Of a stretch of 64,000 nucleotides of DNA, positions 44,553 through 58,131 are shown one piece after another (position 1 is the first letter of the stretch; the number at the start of each line of letters is the position of its first letter). The stretch lies in the NCBI RefSeq assembly GCF_009914755.1, contig NC_060935.1. One strand, written 5' to 3'. Both the position numbers and the translations under genes were made by a program. The notes beneath the pieces were generated by a model. It ran no database searches. It was not told where the DNA came from and saw only the letters and a program-made list of their open reading frames with translations. This DNA is from the human T2T-CHM13v2.0 reference genome, Homo sapiens.

Positions 44553-45564
44553 CTTCCATTCAGTCAGTCTGGATTCATAGATATTTATTTTATTTAATTA
44601 GTTATGCTTTGTTACTAGCATTGGTGATTTTGATGATCAAAATTATCCCAGATTAGTCCTGTGAGAGCTCCTCCAAGTTGATTCTTGTGTCTTTTTGACA
44701 CACTGCTATTACTTTTTGAGCACTTCCTTACTTTCTGTTACTACAAGATATTCCAGGCTCATCTTGTACTTTCCCGGCTCAAACTCTGTAATCTGGTATT
44801 TTTCTAAGAAACCCTGATTCCTTTTAGCAGAGAATTGTGTATAAAAACAAACCAAGACCTGGAATAGGTCTGTTCATTGCCAGAGTGTTGTTATTTTTAG
44901 GCCCTGTCATACATATACACACATGTGTGTGTAGTATATATATTATGTAAATATGCACACACACACATGCAAATCCATTCATCTATCTACCTACCTACTT
45001 ACCTACCTATCTTTCTTAAAAACCATGAGTTCATACTGATATGACCAGTTCCAATCCAACACTCTAGAGTTCATTTTAACCTTCTCTCTTTCCATATATG
45101 TAATTTCCTTCTCCAACCGTGAAAAACCTGGTTTCAGTTACCCACAGTATATTTACTTATTTGCTTAATCCTAGAATACACAGAATGTAGTTTCAGAATT
45201 GTTAACTCATGCTGGTGTGGGAAACAAATCTATTAAACAGAGTTCAATATTTGCTACTGTCTTTTTGCCCTAGCCTGAGAATACAGAGGCAAAGTACTGC
45301 TTCAAAACTTCTGTTATCACCCCCTACCCGTACTGTGTTTTGTCATTCACTTAACCTACAGTTCGGTACACTTGCTTCCATATGTATTCAATGCTAATGT
45401 TTCCTCCTTTTATCCTTGTTGATTGTATTTACTGAAAAACTGAGTACATGAAACATTAACATGGTTGTAAAAGTCAGAACAGATCTGTACAAAAACATGA
45501 ACTCAGAGAAGTGTCACTCCCCTCCATCTTCTCTACCTTGCTCCCACCATCTTATTCTTTTCAC

Positions 45565-46112
45565 CCATCAGGCTAAAAAAAGACATCAGAGAAAAATATA
45601 TCCTAATATGTTGAGTTTATTCGGGAGTAAGCAAAAGGATTATAATCTGGGAAGCACAGCTGTAGCAAGCCATAGGTACAGGTACATCAAGCCAAAGGTA
45701 AAGGGAAATTTTTACTGGCAAGGAGAAGCTATGTAAGCTGCTTGGAGACAGAGTTCATTGGTTCTGGAGGCTCAAAGCTAGAATTAGCATCAGTTCATTG
45801 GTGGAGATGCCACTGCTAGGCATCGGCCTAGCATCTTATCAGAATTGCTACAGTCCTAAAGAATGTATAGTGATAAACCTGGTCATAGAAATACGTGCAT
45901 GCATGTAAAATGTAAAATGCATGTAAAATGTAGATCATGAAAAGCATGAGATGTATAAAAGATGAAGGAATTTCTCGTGGAGTTATTTTAGAAAGTCCTT
46001 GAAATAGTCCTTATCTCAGATGTGCAAGCATGAGCTGTGCTCCTTTGTGTGTTCTGGCTCCAGTTTGCTCGGGTCTGACAAAAGTGACTTATTTTGCTAT
46101 CTGCAACTTTAG
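45565..46112 (-). mobile_element. Probable ERV1 solo LTR (MER67/MER92-like)
   Basis: Minus strand begins aaagttgcagatagcaaaataagtcacttttgtcagaccc; aataaa-like signal near the other end (gagtttattc on +). Confidence 0.5.
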
Positions 46113-46953
46113 TCACTCCATTTCCACCCACTCCTGTATGGAACCAATCTCATTAGTTTCTGGGTTTCCTTTCCTAAGTTTCTTTTTGTATAGTTGTGCA
46201 GACAAATACATATTTTCTTATTCCCCTTTCTTTCTTGCACAAAACGTGGCATACCATAAACACTTTCTCACACTTTGCTTTTTAAATTTAACAGCATATC
46301 TTGGGAGCCATTCTATATCAGTTTATAGATGTCATCCTCATTCATTTTTATAGCTGCAGACTATTCCATTCGATGATGTACCATAGTTCATTCAACCATT
46401 TTCCTATGTAAAGTCATTTTGGTTGTTTCTAATATTTTTCAATTATAAACAATGCTACAATGAAAATCCTTAAACATATGTATTTTTGTATATATTTGAA
46501 TATGTATTACCAGGATAAATTATAAAAAGGGGGAAAAGCATGTGCCATTTTGTTTGATATCATCAAATTCTCCCCCATTAAGGTTGTACTAATTTCCATT
46601 CCCATCAGAAATGCTTGAGCATCTACTTTCTTCAAGCCTTGCCAACAGAACGTGTTAGTGTATGTTTACATTTTTGCCAATCTGCTAGGTGAGAGATAAT
46701 ATCTCAGTGTTATTTTAATTTGCATTTCTCTTATTATAGTTGAGGCTGAATGTTTTTTCACATGTTTACGGGACATTTTAATTCTTTTTTCAGTCAATGG
46801 TCTGTTTATGTCTTTGACTATTTGACCATTTTTATATCAGGTTTTTGAAACTTCTATCGAGTAGAAAAAGTTATTTATATATTAGCGATATTACATATGT
46901 ATCTGTGTTATATATTACCGATCTTTTCTCTCAGTGTTTAATTTATTTTGGGA

Positions 46954-47362
<409 letters not shown>

Positions 47363-48082
47363 TTATCAGTCTTTTATTGTTTTGGATGAGTTCACTTCCA
47401 TTAAATCCAGGGAAGTGAAATTATATATGTGACCTTAATATGAGTTTTAATAATCTACTTTTCAATTTTTCAGTATTTTAAATATTTCTTTAATGTTCTG
47501 GAAAAAATAGCCACTAGCAAATACAGAAATACGTGTACACAGGGGCACACATTTTTCCTTTTGTCTCTGTCTCCAGTACGTCTCAGGGCAGCACTGAGCA
47601 GAGGCCTATGGGCCATCTCAGTCTTTCATTAGAGCCAGTAGCCAAAACATATCTGTCCAAGAGCTATGACAACAGCAGCAAAGCTTGTGGAAGCCTCAGC
47701 CAACTTAGTCCTAGAGTTTCCACCAAACTGAATGGTTCCCCATAGTGAACACTGTTTTACTGAGAGAAAACAGTCAGCGCTTCTTGGTTATCCACCTCCC
47801 TAAGAGTTATAATAGCGATAGAAAAATATGAGAAAACTTCAACTTCAGTAGATTTAGTTCTGACGCCTCCGCTAAACTTAGTGGTTCCCCATGCTCTGCG
47901 GACGCTTATATTCACAGAATATCCTCACCACTTTTTGCTAGTTGCCTACCCTCTGTGACATATCGTTGCCTCCCCCTTCGCATATCACTGTCCAGTGTGG
48001 CAATACTCTACACACAGCCACCTCCTTCTTTTAAAGGAGGTGGCTTTACCTCTGTTAAGGGACTATCATGCTCTTTCAGATC

Positions 48083-49868
48083 TTTTTTTAAATTTTTATT
48101 TTTTAACCTTTTAAAAATTTCAATAGTTTTTGGGGAACAGGTGATTTTTGGTTACATGGATAAGTTCTTCAGTGATAATTACTGAGATGCACCCATCACC
48201 TGAGCAGTGTACATTGTACCCAATGTGTAGTCTTTTATCCCTCGTCCCCCTCCCAACTTCCCCCTTGTCTCCACCGTCCCTTTTATCATTCTTACACTTT
48301 TGCGTCCTTGTAGCTTAGCTCTCACTTATAAATGAGAACTACAATATTTGGTTTTCCATTCCTGAATTTCTTCACTTAGAATAATGGTCTCCAATTCCAT
48401 ACAAGTTGCTGCAAATGCCATTATTTTGTTCCTTTTAATGGTTGAGTAGTATTTCACTATATATATATATATATCTCACATATATATCACATATATATGT
48501 GTATATAAATGTGATATATATATGTATACACACACTACATTTTTAAAATCCACTTTTTGGTTGATGGGCATTTAGGCTGGCCCCATATTTTTGCAATTGC
48601 AAATTGTTTTGCTATAAACATATGTGCAAGTGTCTTTTTCATATAATGAACTCTTTTCCTCTGGGTAGATACTCAATAGTGGGATTGCTGGATCAAATGG
48701 TAGTTGTACTGTTAGTTCTTTGAGGAATCTCCATACTGTTTTCCATACTGGTTGTACTAGTTTACATTCCCACCAGCAGTGTAGAAGTGTTCCCTGTTCA
48801 CTGTATCCACACTAACATCTACGGTTTTTTTGATTTTTTTTATTATGGCCATTCTTGCAGGAGTAAGGGGGTATCTCATTGTGGTTTTAATTTGCAGTTC
48901 CCTGATGATTAGTGATGTTGAGCAGTTTTCATATGTTTGTTGGCCATTTGTACATCTTCTTTTGAGAATTGTCTATTCATGTCCTTTGCCCACTTTTTGA
49001 TGGGATTATTTTTTTTTTCTTGCTGATTTGTTTGAATTCCTTGTCGATTCTGGATATTAGTCCTTTGTATGATGCATAGTTTGCAAATACTTTCTCCCGT
49101 CCTGTGGGTTGTCTGTTTACTCTGCTGATTATTTCTTTTGCTGTGCAGAAGCTTTTTAGTTTAATTAGGTCCCATCTATTTTTGTTTTTATTGCACTTGC
49201 TTTTGGGTTCTTGTTCATGAACTCTTTGCCTAAGCCAATGTCTAGAAGAGTTTTACTGATGTTATCTTTTATAATTTTTATAGTTCCAAGTCTTAGATTT
49301 AAGTCTCTGATCCATCTTGAGTTGATTTTTGTATAAGGTGAGAGATGAGGATCCAGTTTCTTTCTTCTAGATGGTGTCCTTTTCCCACTTTATGTTTTTG
49401 TTTACTTTGTCAAGGATCAGTTGGCTTTAAGTATTTGAGTTTATTTCTGCGTTCTCTATTCTGTTCCATTGGTCTACATGCCAATTTTTATACCAGTGCC
49501 ATGCTGTTTTGGTAACTATAGCTTTATAGTAGAATTTGAAGTTGGGTAATATGCCTGCAGATTTATTCTTTTTGCTTAGTCTTGCTTTGGCTATGTGGTG
49601 TCTTTTTTTGTTCCATATTAATTTTAGGATTATTTTTTCTAGTTCTGTGAAGAATGATGATGGTACTTTGATGGGAATTGCATTGAATCTGTAGATCCCT
49701 TTTGGCAGTATGGTCATTTTCACTATATTGATTCCACCCACCCATGATCTTGGGATGTGTTTCCATTTGTTTGTGTTGTCAATGATTTCTTTCAGCAGTG
49801 TTTTGTAGTTTTCCTTTTAGAGATTTTTCACCTCCTTGGTTAGGTATATTCCCAAGTATTTTATTTTT
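48083..49868 (-). mobile_element. 5'-truncated L1 (L1PB-like) inserted in the ERV
   Basis: ORF 49427..49741 [22 protein letters not shown]...KTAWHWYKN; L1PB-type 3' UTR with (TA)n at ~48458-48535. Confidence 0.93.
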
Positions 49869-50279
49869 TGGACACCCCTCATTTAATTGTTTGTAGATGG
49901 TTCATACCTAAAAAGAAAAACTACAAGTTGCCAATTATGTTATACTATCACAGACTTGAATTTACCTTTAAGCTTCTCAAAGAAATGAAATCTGTTCAGA
50001 TGGCTAAATTGCCTTTGTCCAGACATGCCAGCCAACAAAAGATAAAAAACAAATACTTGTCCTGATGGTGGGTATGATTTTGGGTTGGCCCATGATTTTG
50101 AAATGCTTTAAAAAAAAAGGACATTTTCTGACTGTTACAGGAATCCTTATAAAATGGATAGCAAATTAAGGAACCCTGAGAAGTTTTCCATTACCTAAAG
50201 AAATGGCCATGATAAATGTAGAATTTAGCAAAAGTGCTTCATGATATTACCCATAATACAAGAGATAAATCTGCCATGA

Positions 50280-50645
50280 TTTTTATTTTATTTTTTATTT
50301 TTTGACTTTTATTTTAAGTTCAGGGGTATATGTATAGGTTTGCTACATAGGTCAACTCATGCCACAGGGGTTGTTGTACAGATTATTTTGTCACCCAGGT
50401 ATTAAGCCTGGTATCCATTAGTTATTTTTTCTTATCCTCACCCTCCTCCCACCCTGCACTTTCTGGCGGGCCTCAGTGTCTGTTGTTCCCCTCTCTGTGT
50501 CCATGTGTTCTTATAATTTAGCTCCCATTTACAAGTGAGAACATGTGGTATTTGGTTTTCTGTTCCTGTGTTAGTTTGCTAAGGATAATGGCCTCCAGCT
50601 CCATCCATGTTCCTGCAAAGGACATGACCTTGTTCTTTTTTATTT
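50280..50645 (-). mobile_element. Short L1 3' end (older L1PA) inserted in ERV pol
   Basis: L1 3' UTR reverse complement; TSD tgccatgat / tgtcatgat. Confidence 0.88.
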
Positions 50646-53600
50646 GTCATGATATTGAACCAACATTGATGGGGGTAATTTTAGGAGGTTTCATAGACAT
50701 TTCCAAAATATGTCCAACCTGACAATGACACAATCCTGGCAAGATTTTAAGGATAGGTCATGGACAGGAACCGAAGTCTCACTGCCCCTTTGAACATCTC
50801 CAAATGTGCTGAGTGCATTCTGATTATTGTTGTTTATTCTTAGGGTTAGTTGATGTTTTACCTTACTGGAGAGTGGTAGCTATAGTGGTAGGAACAAATT
50901 TGCTTAATTTTGTTGTATTTCTGACTTGGAAAATCCCAACTTATTTTGCAGTTAAGAGGAACACACATATCACTGGTACTGTTGTTACTGAACCCTGCAA
51001 TGTTTTACTTTTTACTCAGAATCTCTACTGACCTTTATCATCCACAAACTTCAGGGAAAAGATAGAACTAAAATTCTAAAAGTATAATTATCAGAGCTCT
51101 CAAAACCCTCACACTCCTAAGGCTTGAGGAGTGCTATTGGTGTTGATGGAAGTAAGACCAATTTTCAGGACCTACAGGTGGCCACCTTTGGAATTCATAA
51201 CAGGCTTCCTCACTACTTGCAATCCTAGATTCTACATTATGAGTACAAGCTGATATGATTCATTGCTGAAGGGTACTCACAATAACTCCAGCTTTATCAC
51301 CAACAGGTAAACGCTGCATTTCTACAACAGCCACCTGTGCAGGCCCTGCATGCTCTGTAACCTGGGGATTTGGTCTTCTGAAAAGGGCACCAGAGAAAAA
51401 CTGCTCTTAAGCCTCTGTTAACTGACACAGCAGTAGAACTCCAAGGTGTTGATCCTTGGATTCATGTTTCTCAACTTCAGAGACACACATCACTCCTTCC
51501 TGACCACTGGGCATCCATCCCACCAGGAGCTCCTAATCTGAGAGCTGTTAGAAATCCTCCAAAAGTGCTGACTGCAGAAGTTGGTAGCTTCTGCTCAAGA
51601 TGACAGAACAAGATTAACTTTTGTATTCTTCAGCACCTTTTTTATTTTCCATTATCACACTTTGATACCCTCTAAAACATTAAAACACCTTCTAGAATGC
51701 TTATGTGATCAACTTGATCTTTGTCTTATTAATTTTGACCTCTGTCATCTCCTTCTACCACTTAAGAAAAAACCAAAACTCCCTTGTGCATCTTTTTCAA
51801 ACCACAGCTACTGCCCTGAATTTAACTAATTACTGACAAAATCTAGTAAGTATCACTTCAGACACTTCAGAAGGAAGTACAGGCCCTTTCTAGTACTTAA
51901 GTTTGCCTTACACCACAAATCCCAACCTTCAGTCCTGTAAAAACTGGAGCTTGATGTCACATCAATGGAATGCTTCTGACAATGTCATCACAATCCTTTC
52001 AGCACAACCTGGGTGTCATGAGTGAGCACTGACATAGGACTATCCTTGCTACAGCTACCACTCTGTTCTCTTCAGAGACACTCTGGCTTGCTTCTCAAAA
52101 ACTGTTTAACTCTACTCAAGAACAGCCCACAAAAAATCCTGACCCATAGCTGTTGTGCTAAAATGAACTTTCTGTTTCCATACAATCTGTGCCCCACTAA
52201 GATGCTACCAAAGCAGACATCAGGCTTACACTGCCTGCTGTAATATAGGAAGTAGATGTTTCCACATCAATAAATATTCCTTTCATACGCTGCTAATGTA
52301 TTCATGCAGCCCATTAGATAGATGTACTAAAACGAAGTTAGCCAGTTTTAAATATAATTTTGTATTTATGTGCTCTTTTAATTTATTCATATTAAAACAG
52401 ACATGAACATTATCTTTTAATATACATTTTACAACTTGTATGGTTATTTTTTGAGAATAAGCTGACAGATTTGGATTGATGGGTAAAATGTAAGCATATA
52501 CGTTAAAGGGTTTAAAAAAATCTGTAATGCTAAACTATTATCCAGTGAGGTTTTATTGGTCTATAATCCCAACAACAGCCTACCCATTGTCAGCTTGCTC
52601 ACACCCATGCCAGCACTGGAATTAGCTAGCCTTTTCATCTTCGCTGGAGTGGGAGGTGATCCAGTAGAAAAAAATGGCACCATTTTTTCCCTAGTTAGAA
52701 ATTCTTGGGTTACTGGTAAAGGTGAACTTTCCTTCTGTTGTTCGGCTGGACTCTAGACAGGAGCTGGTGTGAGGCAATTTAAAATGCTGCTTTCCAGAGA
52801 GGCCTGGAGAGACTGTTCTCTGTGCTGTAGAGGGAGCTGTTCATGAGAAGAGGGAGCCTGAAAGGGCGTTGTCATTGTTGTTCTCTCCTGCTACCCCATG
52901 CCTCACAGAAAGGTCCACAGGCCAGGAAGAGGGAAAGGGGTTCCTGTGTTTATGCCACTTGTAGACGGCACAATACAAACCTGGCTGCAGAAAGAGAAAA
53001 AGAGAAGGTTATCATCAGACACAGTGAATAATGGGAAATAATTTCAGAGAATCAGAAAACTGTTAACTAGAAAGTGAGGCTGAGGAAGTGACCTACGAGA
53101 AATGGACAAGGACTCGATTTACACAGTAACGAGAGGGACAGAGAGAGAAACCCAGAGAACAGGCAGTGGCTGGCACAGAGGCGGCAGGGCTGAGAGGAAT
53201 GGAGTGAGTGTCTCCCAGATAGTGAGCTCTGAGCTGCACTATCCAGAGCACAGGGGAACGCCAGAGCGAAGAGCCCCACCTCCTCAAGGAGGCAGAGGCT
53301 TTCCACATTTTCTCTAAACTCTCCTTCCCTCCCAAATAAAATGGCCCTGTCTGTCCCATGGCCTCTGCCTCAACTACAAAAATATCTGTCCCCCTGGGGG
53401 TGGGGAAGGAGAGATGTGTCAATACCAGGGAATGGCTCCAGTGAGGGCAAGGAGGCCTCGCTGGGCAGGCGGGGGACTACCAGCATCCATCTGAGCAGCC
53501 CCACTCTCAGCATCCAGGACGACACAGAGGAAACACAAAAGCTTATGTCCCAGAATCCTGGAGGGATGTGGGCAGGAGACTGGCCCTGGGACCAACTCAG

Positions 53601-54116
53601 ACGCTCTGTTTCCACTTTCTCTCCAACATCTCAGGCTGATTCCTCAGGTTCCCCATTTCAAGGTATGACATAATTACAGAATCTTACTTCAGTCTATCAG
53701 GCTACACGAGTGGTGTCCAAAGGCCTCACACAGATGCCTCACTCCATCCTCTCTGAGGAGATGATACCTCATTAAACTTTTCCAGAAACTAACGGTTCTT
53801 AAGAGTAAAGATTCTGACAACAGGCATCAACATTTTTCAAACTGTAAGAGAGTCATGAAGTGGAAAATATTTTTGGACATCACTGCCTTTGTAGAAGAGA
53901 GAAACTAACTTCACATTTAAGTTAAAATAAAAACTAAACAAAACTCTCTGTGTGTGTGTGTACTGTTTGCAAATGATTCTGGAAGGATACCCTCCACACG
54001 GGTAGAAGTGGACTCCATTGCGAAGGGGAGTGAGAGTAATGGAAGAGGATGAAATGGGCCTTTCATGATTTATTCTGTATACCCCTGTACCTCTGGTTTA
54101 AAAAAATAAGCATGCA

Positions 54117-54407
<291 letters not shown>

Positions 54408-54635
54408 TTACACAGTACCTTTGTAATGACCAGTTAATAAAGAACATGGAATATGAAAGAATTAGAAGGCCTGCCACTGAGTTGTTCAAGAAATGTAATT
54501 TTATGAATGTGTAAATGAATACCTGTGATGACTGAATCAGATAACTTACATGCACCATTCATATCCTCCTGGCCTCACCCTTCTCAGCACCTCTCCTCCA
54601 GCCTGTACTGCAAACCTCTTGCCTCCCATCCTGGG

Positions 54636-54902
<267 letters not shown>

Positions 54903-55219
54903 CTACTGTTGTCATGGATACCTGGTAGCTCAGAGTTCAATATTATGTATAATCACAGAAGACAACTTTTCTGTTACAGAACAATTATTTGTGCAATTCC
55001 AGCCTTCCCATGTGTGGTACCAGATTTGTATTTTACTTTTTTGTCCTATACATCCTATTATTTTTGGCTATTGCCTTAAACACCTTTCAGAAGTAGGATA
55101 TGTTTGAGTTATAACAAAAAATTACATTGCTCTCCATAAGAGATAACCTACTCCTGGTGATGTTGAACCTTTTCCTGCTGGAAAGAATGGAGTATTCAAA
55201 AGGTGACAATCTGACCAGA

Positions 55220-55430
55220 GATAAGAACATGAGCTTTCAACACAGACTGGGGATGAAGTCCTGGCTTTGCCCCCATGTTTTGGGGGTAATTTAACTCACT
55301 TTGGTAAGCCTCAATCTCTAGTTCTACAAAATGTGATAATAGAACTAAGATATCATTGCAATGTTGAGAGAGTGAAATGAGAACTATGTAAGGCACTGTT
55401 CCTATTCGGTTCAATAAACATCACTTCTTA
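55220..55430 (+). mobile_element. MIR relic
   Basis: taatttaactcactttggtaagcctcaatctctagttctacaaaatgtgataata...tgtaaggcact. Confidence 0.65.
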
Positions 55431-56136
55431 GAAACAATGTCCGTATCATGTGGTCAAAGGACCTCCCCCCTCCGCCCCCGGCCCAATTCCTTGTAAGGCC
55501 ACCCAGATAGTACAAATTTCAGCTCTGGGCTCTTTCCATATTGCAGTGCTTTCTCTAAACTGACTGTGAAGATCATCAGATTTAGAGATGAAAGGGCTTT
55601 GTAGGTTGCAAAGAGAGATAAGGACAAACATAGGCCATCTCCAGCTAACTGGAGCAGAAATAGGGTGCTCATTTTCACCTTCTGCTTGTGCCCCTGCCTA
55701 TAACCTCTGCAACCTCCACGACGATCCATGGGATGACCTGTCCTCAAGCAGTCCTCCAGCATCAGAATGGTGGCAGTAACAGAGCATTATCTTCAAGGGG
55801 ATATTTATGAGAACACCTTGAAGGAGCAGAGGGGCTGTTCAGAACAGGCTGTCAGGTAGAACTCTACTGCTGGCCTCTCTTGCTCCAGGGCCATGGCTGT
55901 GACGGTCAGCACCTCACCAAAGCACAGGCACCCGCTGCATGTGCAGCCTTTCCCAATGTCTGAGGGGCTCACATTCATTTGAGGGGCCACGGTGGGAGAT
56001 GGACACATACCATCCCCCATTTTCATTCCTCTTGAGCTTCCCCCTATCAAGGTACCAACCAGATGCTGCAAAATGTATAAGCCCCAAACACTTTAATACA
56101 TACTTGGTTAAAACTTTAGTTGAAAACACAGCATGC

Positions 56137-56497
<361 letters not shown>

Positions 56498-56959
56498 TTA
56501 AAAAGGAGTAGTCAACATAAGCAGCTTTGAAATGCAGTCTTCTGGGCTAACATTATCCTTTGTTGTGACAACAAGGAAGTTACAGATTAATTAAAAAATT
56601 GTAACAATGACTACAACATTCCTGAGGTGGGGCAAAGACCCTATTTATATTAGATATATGCATATTCTCATTTTTGTTAGCATAAAATTTATTCCTAGAT
56701 TAATTTTTCTGTAAGAAGTTTTCTGAAATATTTCACTAAATTTAAAAATAATTGTTGTGAAACGTAACACTTCATCTCAGGATTCACAGCTTGTATGTAC
56801 GTTTGTAGTAGTAAACTACATTTACTAAGAAGGTATGTTAGAGAAAATAGACTGTCCTAGAAAACACACCTTGCTCATCAGTCTTACATATTTTTTGCTT
56901 TGATTAATTTGATCTTGTTAAAAACAATCCAGCTAGCCTGTAAGTTCTGGATATAAGGT

Positions 56960-58091
56960 GGTTTTTTTTTTTCTTTTTTTTTTTAGCTTTTGTCACTTTA
57001 TTGTTAACCAATGAATATTAGAATATTATCCAAAATTAGAGATATAATTGTAACTTAATTGTACAGCACAAAATTATGCTAATGGTAAAAGCCTACTGGG
57101 ATTTACCAAATACTCATTAGTGTATTTTTACATTGACTATATGAACATGTGCTTGTGACTGCTAATGATGAGTTATAATTGGTTTAATCTCTATGAAAAT
57201 CCATATTTTAAATGGTTCTTGTTTAGAAAAATTCACACAGCCTTAAAAATGAATTAAATCCATTTTAATCCTAATCTACAAATAGATCATAAACAGCAAA
57301 ATATAACTGATAATTTTTCAATACTGTATCAAGCTGATATAGCTATGGTAGTGCACATAATTCAAAATGAGGAAAATTAACAAAAATCCAATGAAAGTTC
57401 AGGTTTTTATCTGTTATGGCAATTGCTTTAAAGTGAACATTTATGTTTCAAAACATGAATAGCAGGGTCCACCATCCATTCCTTTGATGTACTGCAAGTA
57501 GGAACATTCTCTTCCATAGGATTCTGAAGCATGTGCACAACCATGGTACAACAGTCACTTCAAGGTTAACCAGCTATGTTTTGTCCTACAAAGTTAAAAA
57601 AATGTATTAAACACAACCTTTCCTTTTCATAATGTCTGCCCAGATTAATCCTTTTAAAGTCAGCAAAATCAAAAAAGCAAAAGAGATATTTTCAGACACA
57701 ACTTGAATCTACTGTGCATGAAAATGTTTAATAAAAGGCAATTTTAATAGATAAATGTAAATTTGAGTAATTCCAAATGGAAAGTAGCTGAACCACATGG
57801 AGAAAACAAGGCTTTACATATCTCCAAATTTAGCGGTTTTACAATAAACAAAGTATTAGAACATGTGACTATTAGAACCTCCTCCTAACTGGAAAGATTT
57901 CTTCAGTAACATATAAATGAAGTTAATATAAACTAAAATTATAATTTCTAAAATAGAATTAACAAACCAAATTTTAAGCATTTTTAGTTAGAGATTAAAA
58001 AAATAAGCACAGTGATCTAGAAACCAAATATACTGATTATGTAACTATCATATCAAAGTACAGACATTCTTCATATGCTACAAGGTTAGCA

Positions 58092-58131
<40 letters not shown>

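Larger units (their letters stand above)
43400..46945 (-). mobile_element. Old L1MC/ME 3' region fragments
   Basis: ttcctcatgattagattc...atttctggcagaaatgccacagaagtga, tttttgagcacttccttactttctg, ttttaatttgcatttctctt; interrupted by simple repeats and an LTR. Confidence 0.75.
47480..52250 (+). mobile_element. Decayed class I endogenous retrovirus internal region (RNase H, integrase; possible pro/RT and env remnants)
   Basis: ~50064 DGGYDFGLAHDFEML (RNase H D-S-R-Y-A-F-G motif); ~50710 CPT*Q*HNPGK...PFEHLQM; ORF 50813..51031 integrase core then YHPQTSGK; ~51430 TAVELQGVDPWIHVSQL. The part upstream of 48085 is weaker. Confidence 0.8.

Noticed and set aside
45565-46112. LTR as the 5' LTR of the 47-52 kb ERV
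   Set aside because: Appears to be on the opposite strand and is embedded separately in an L1M.
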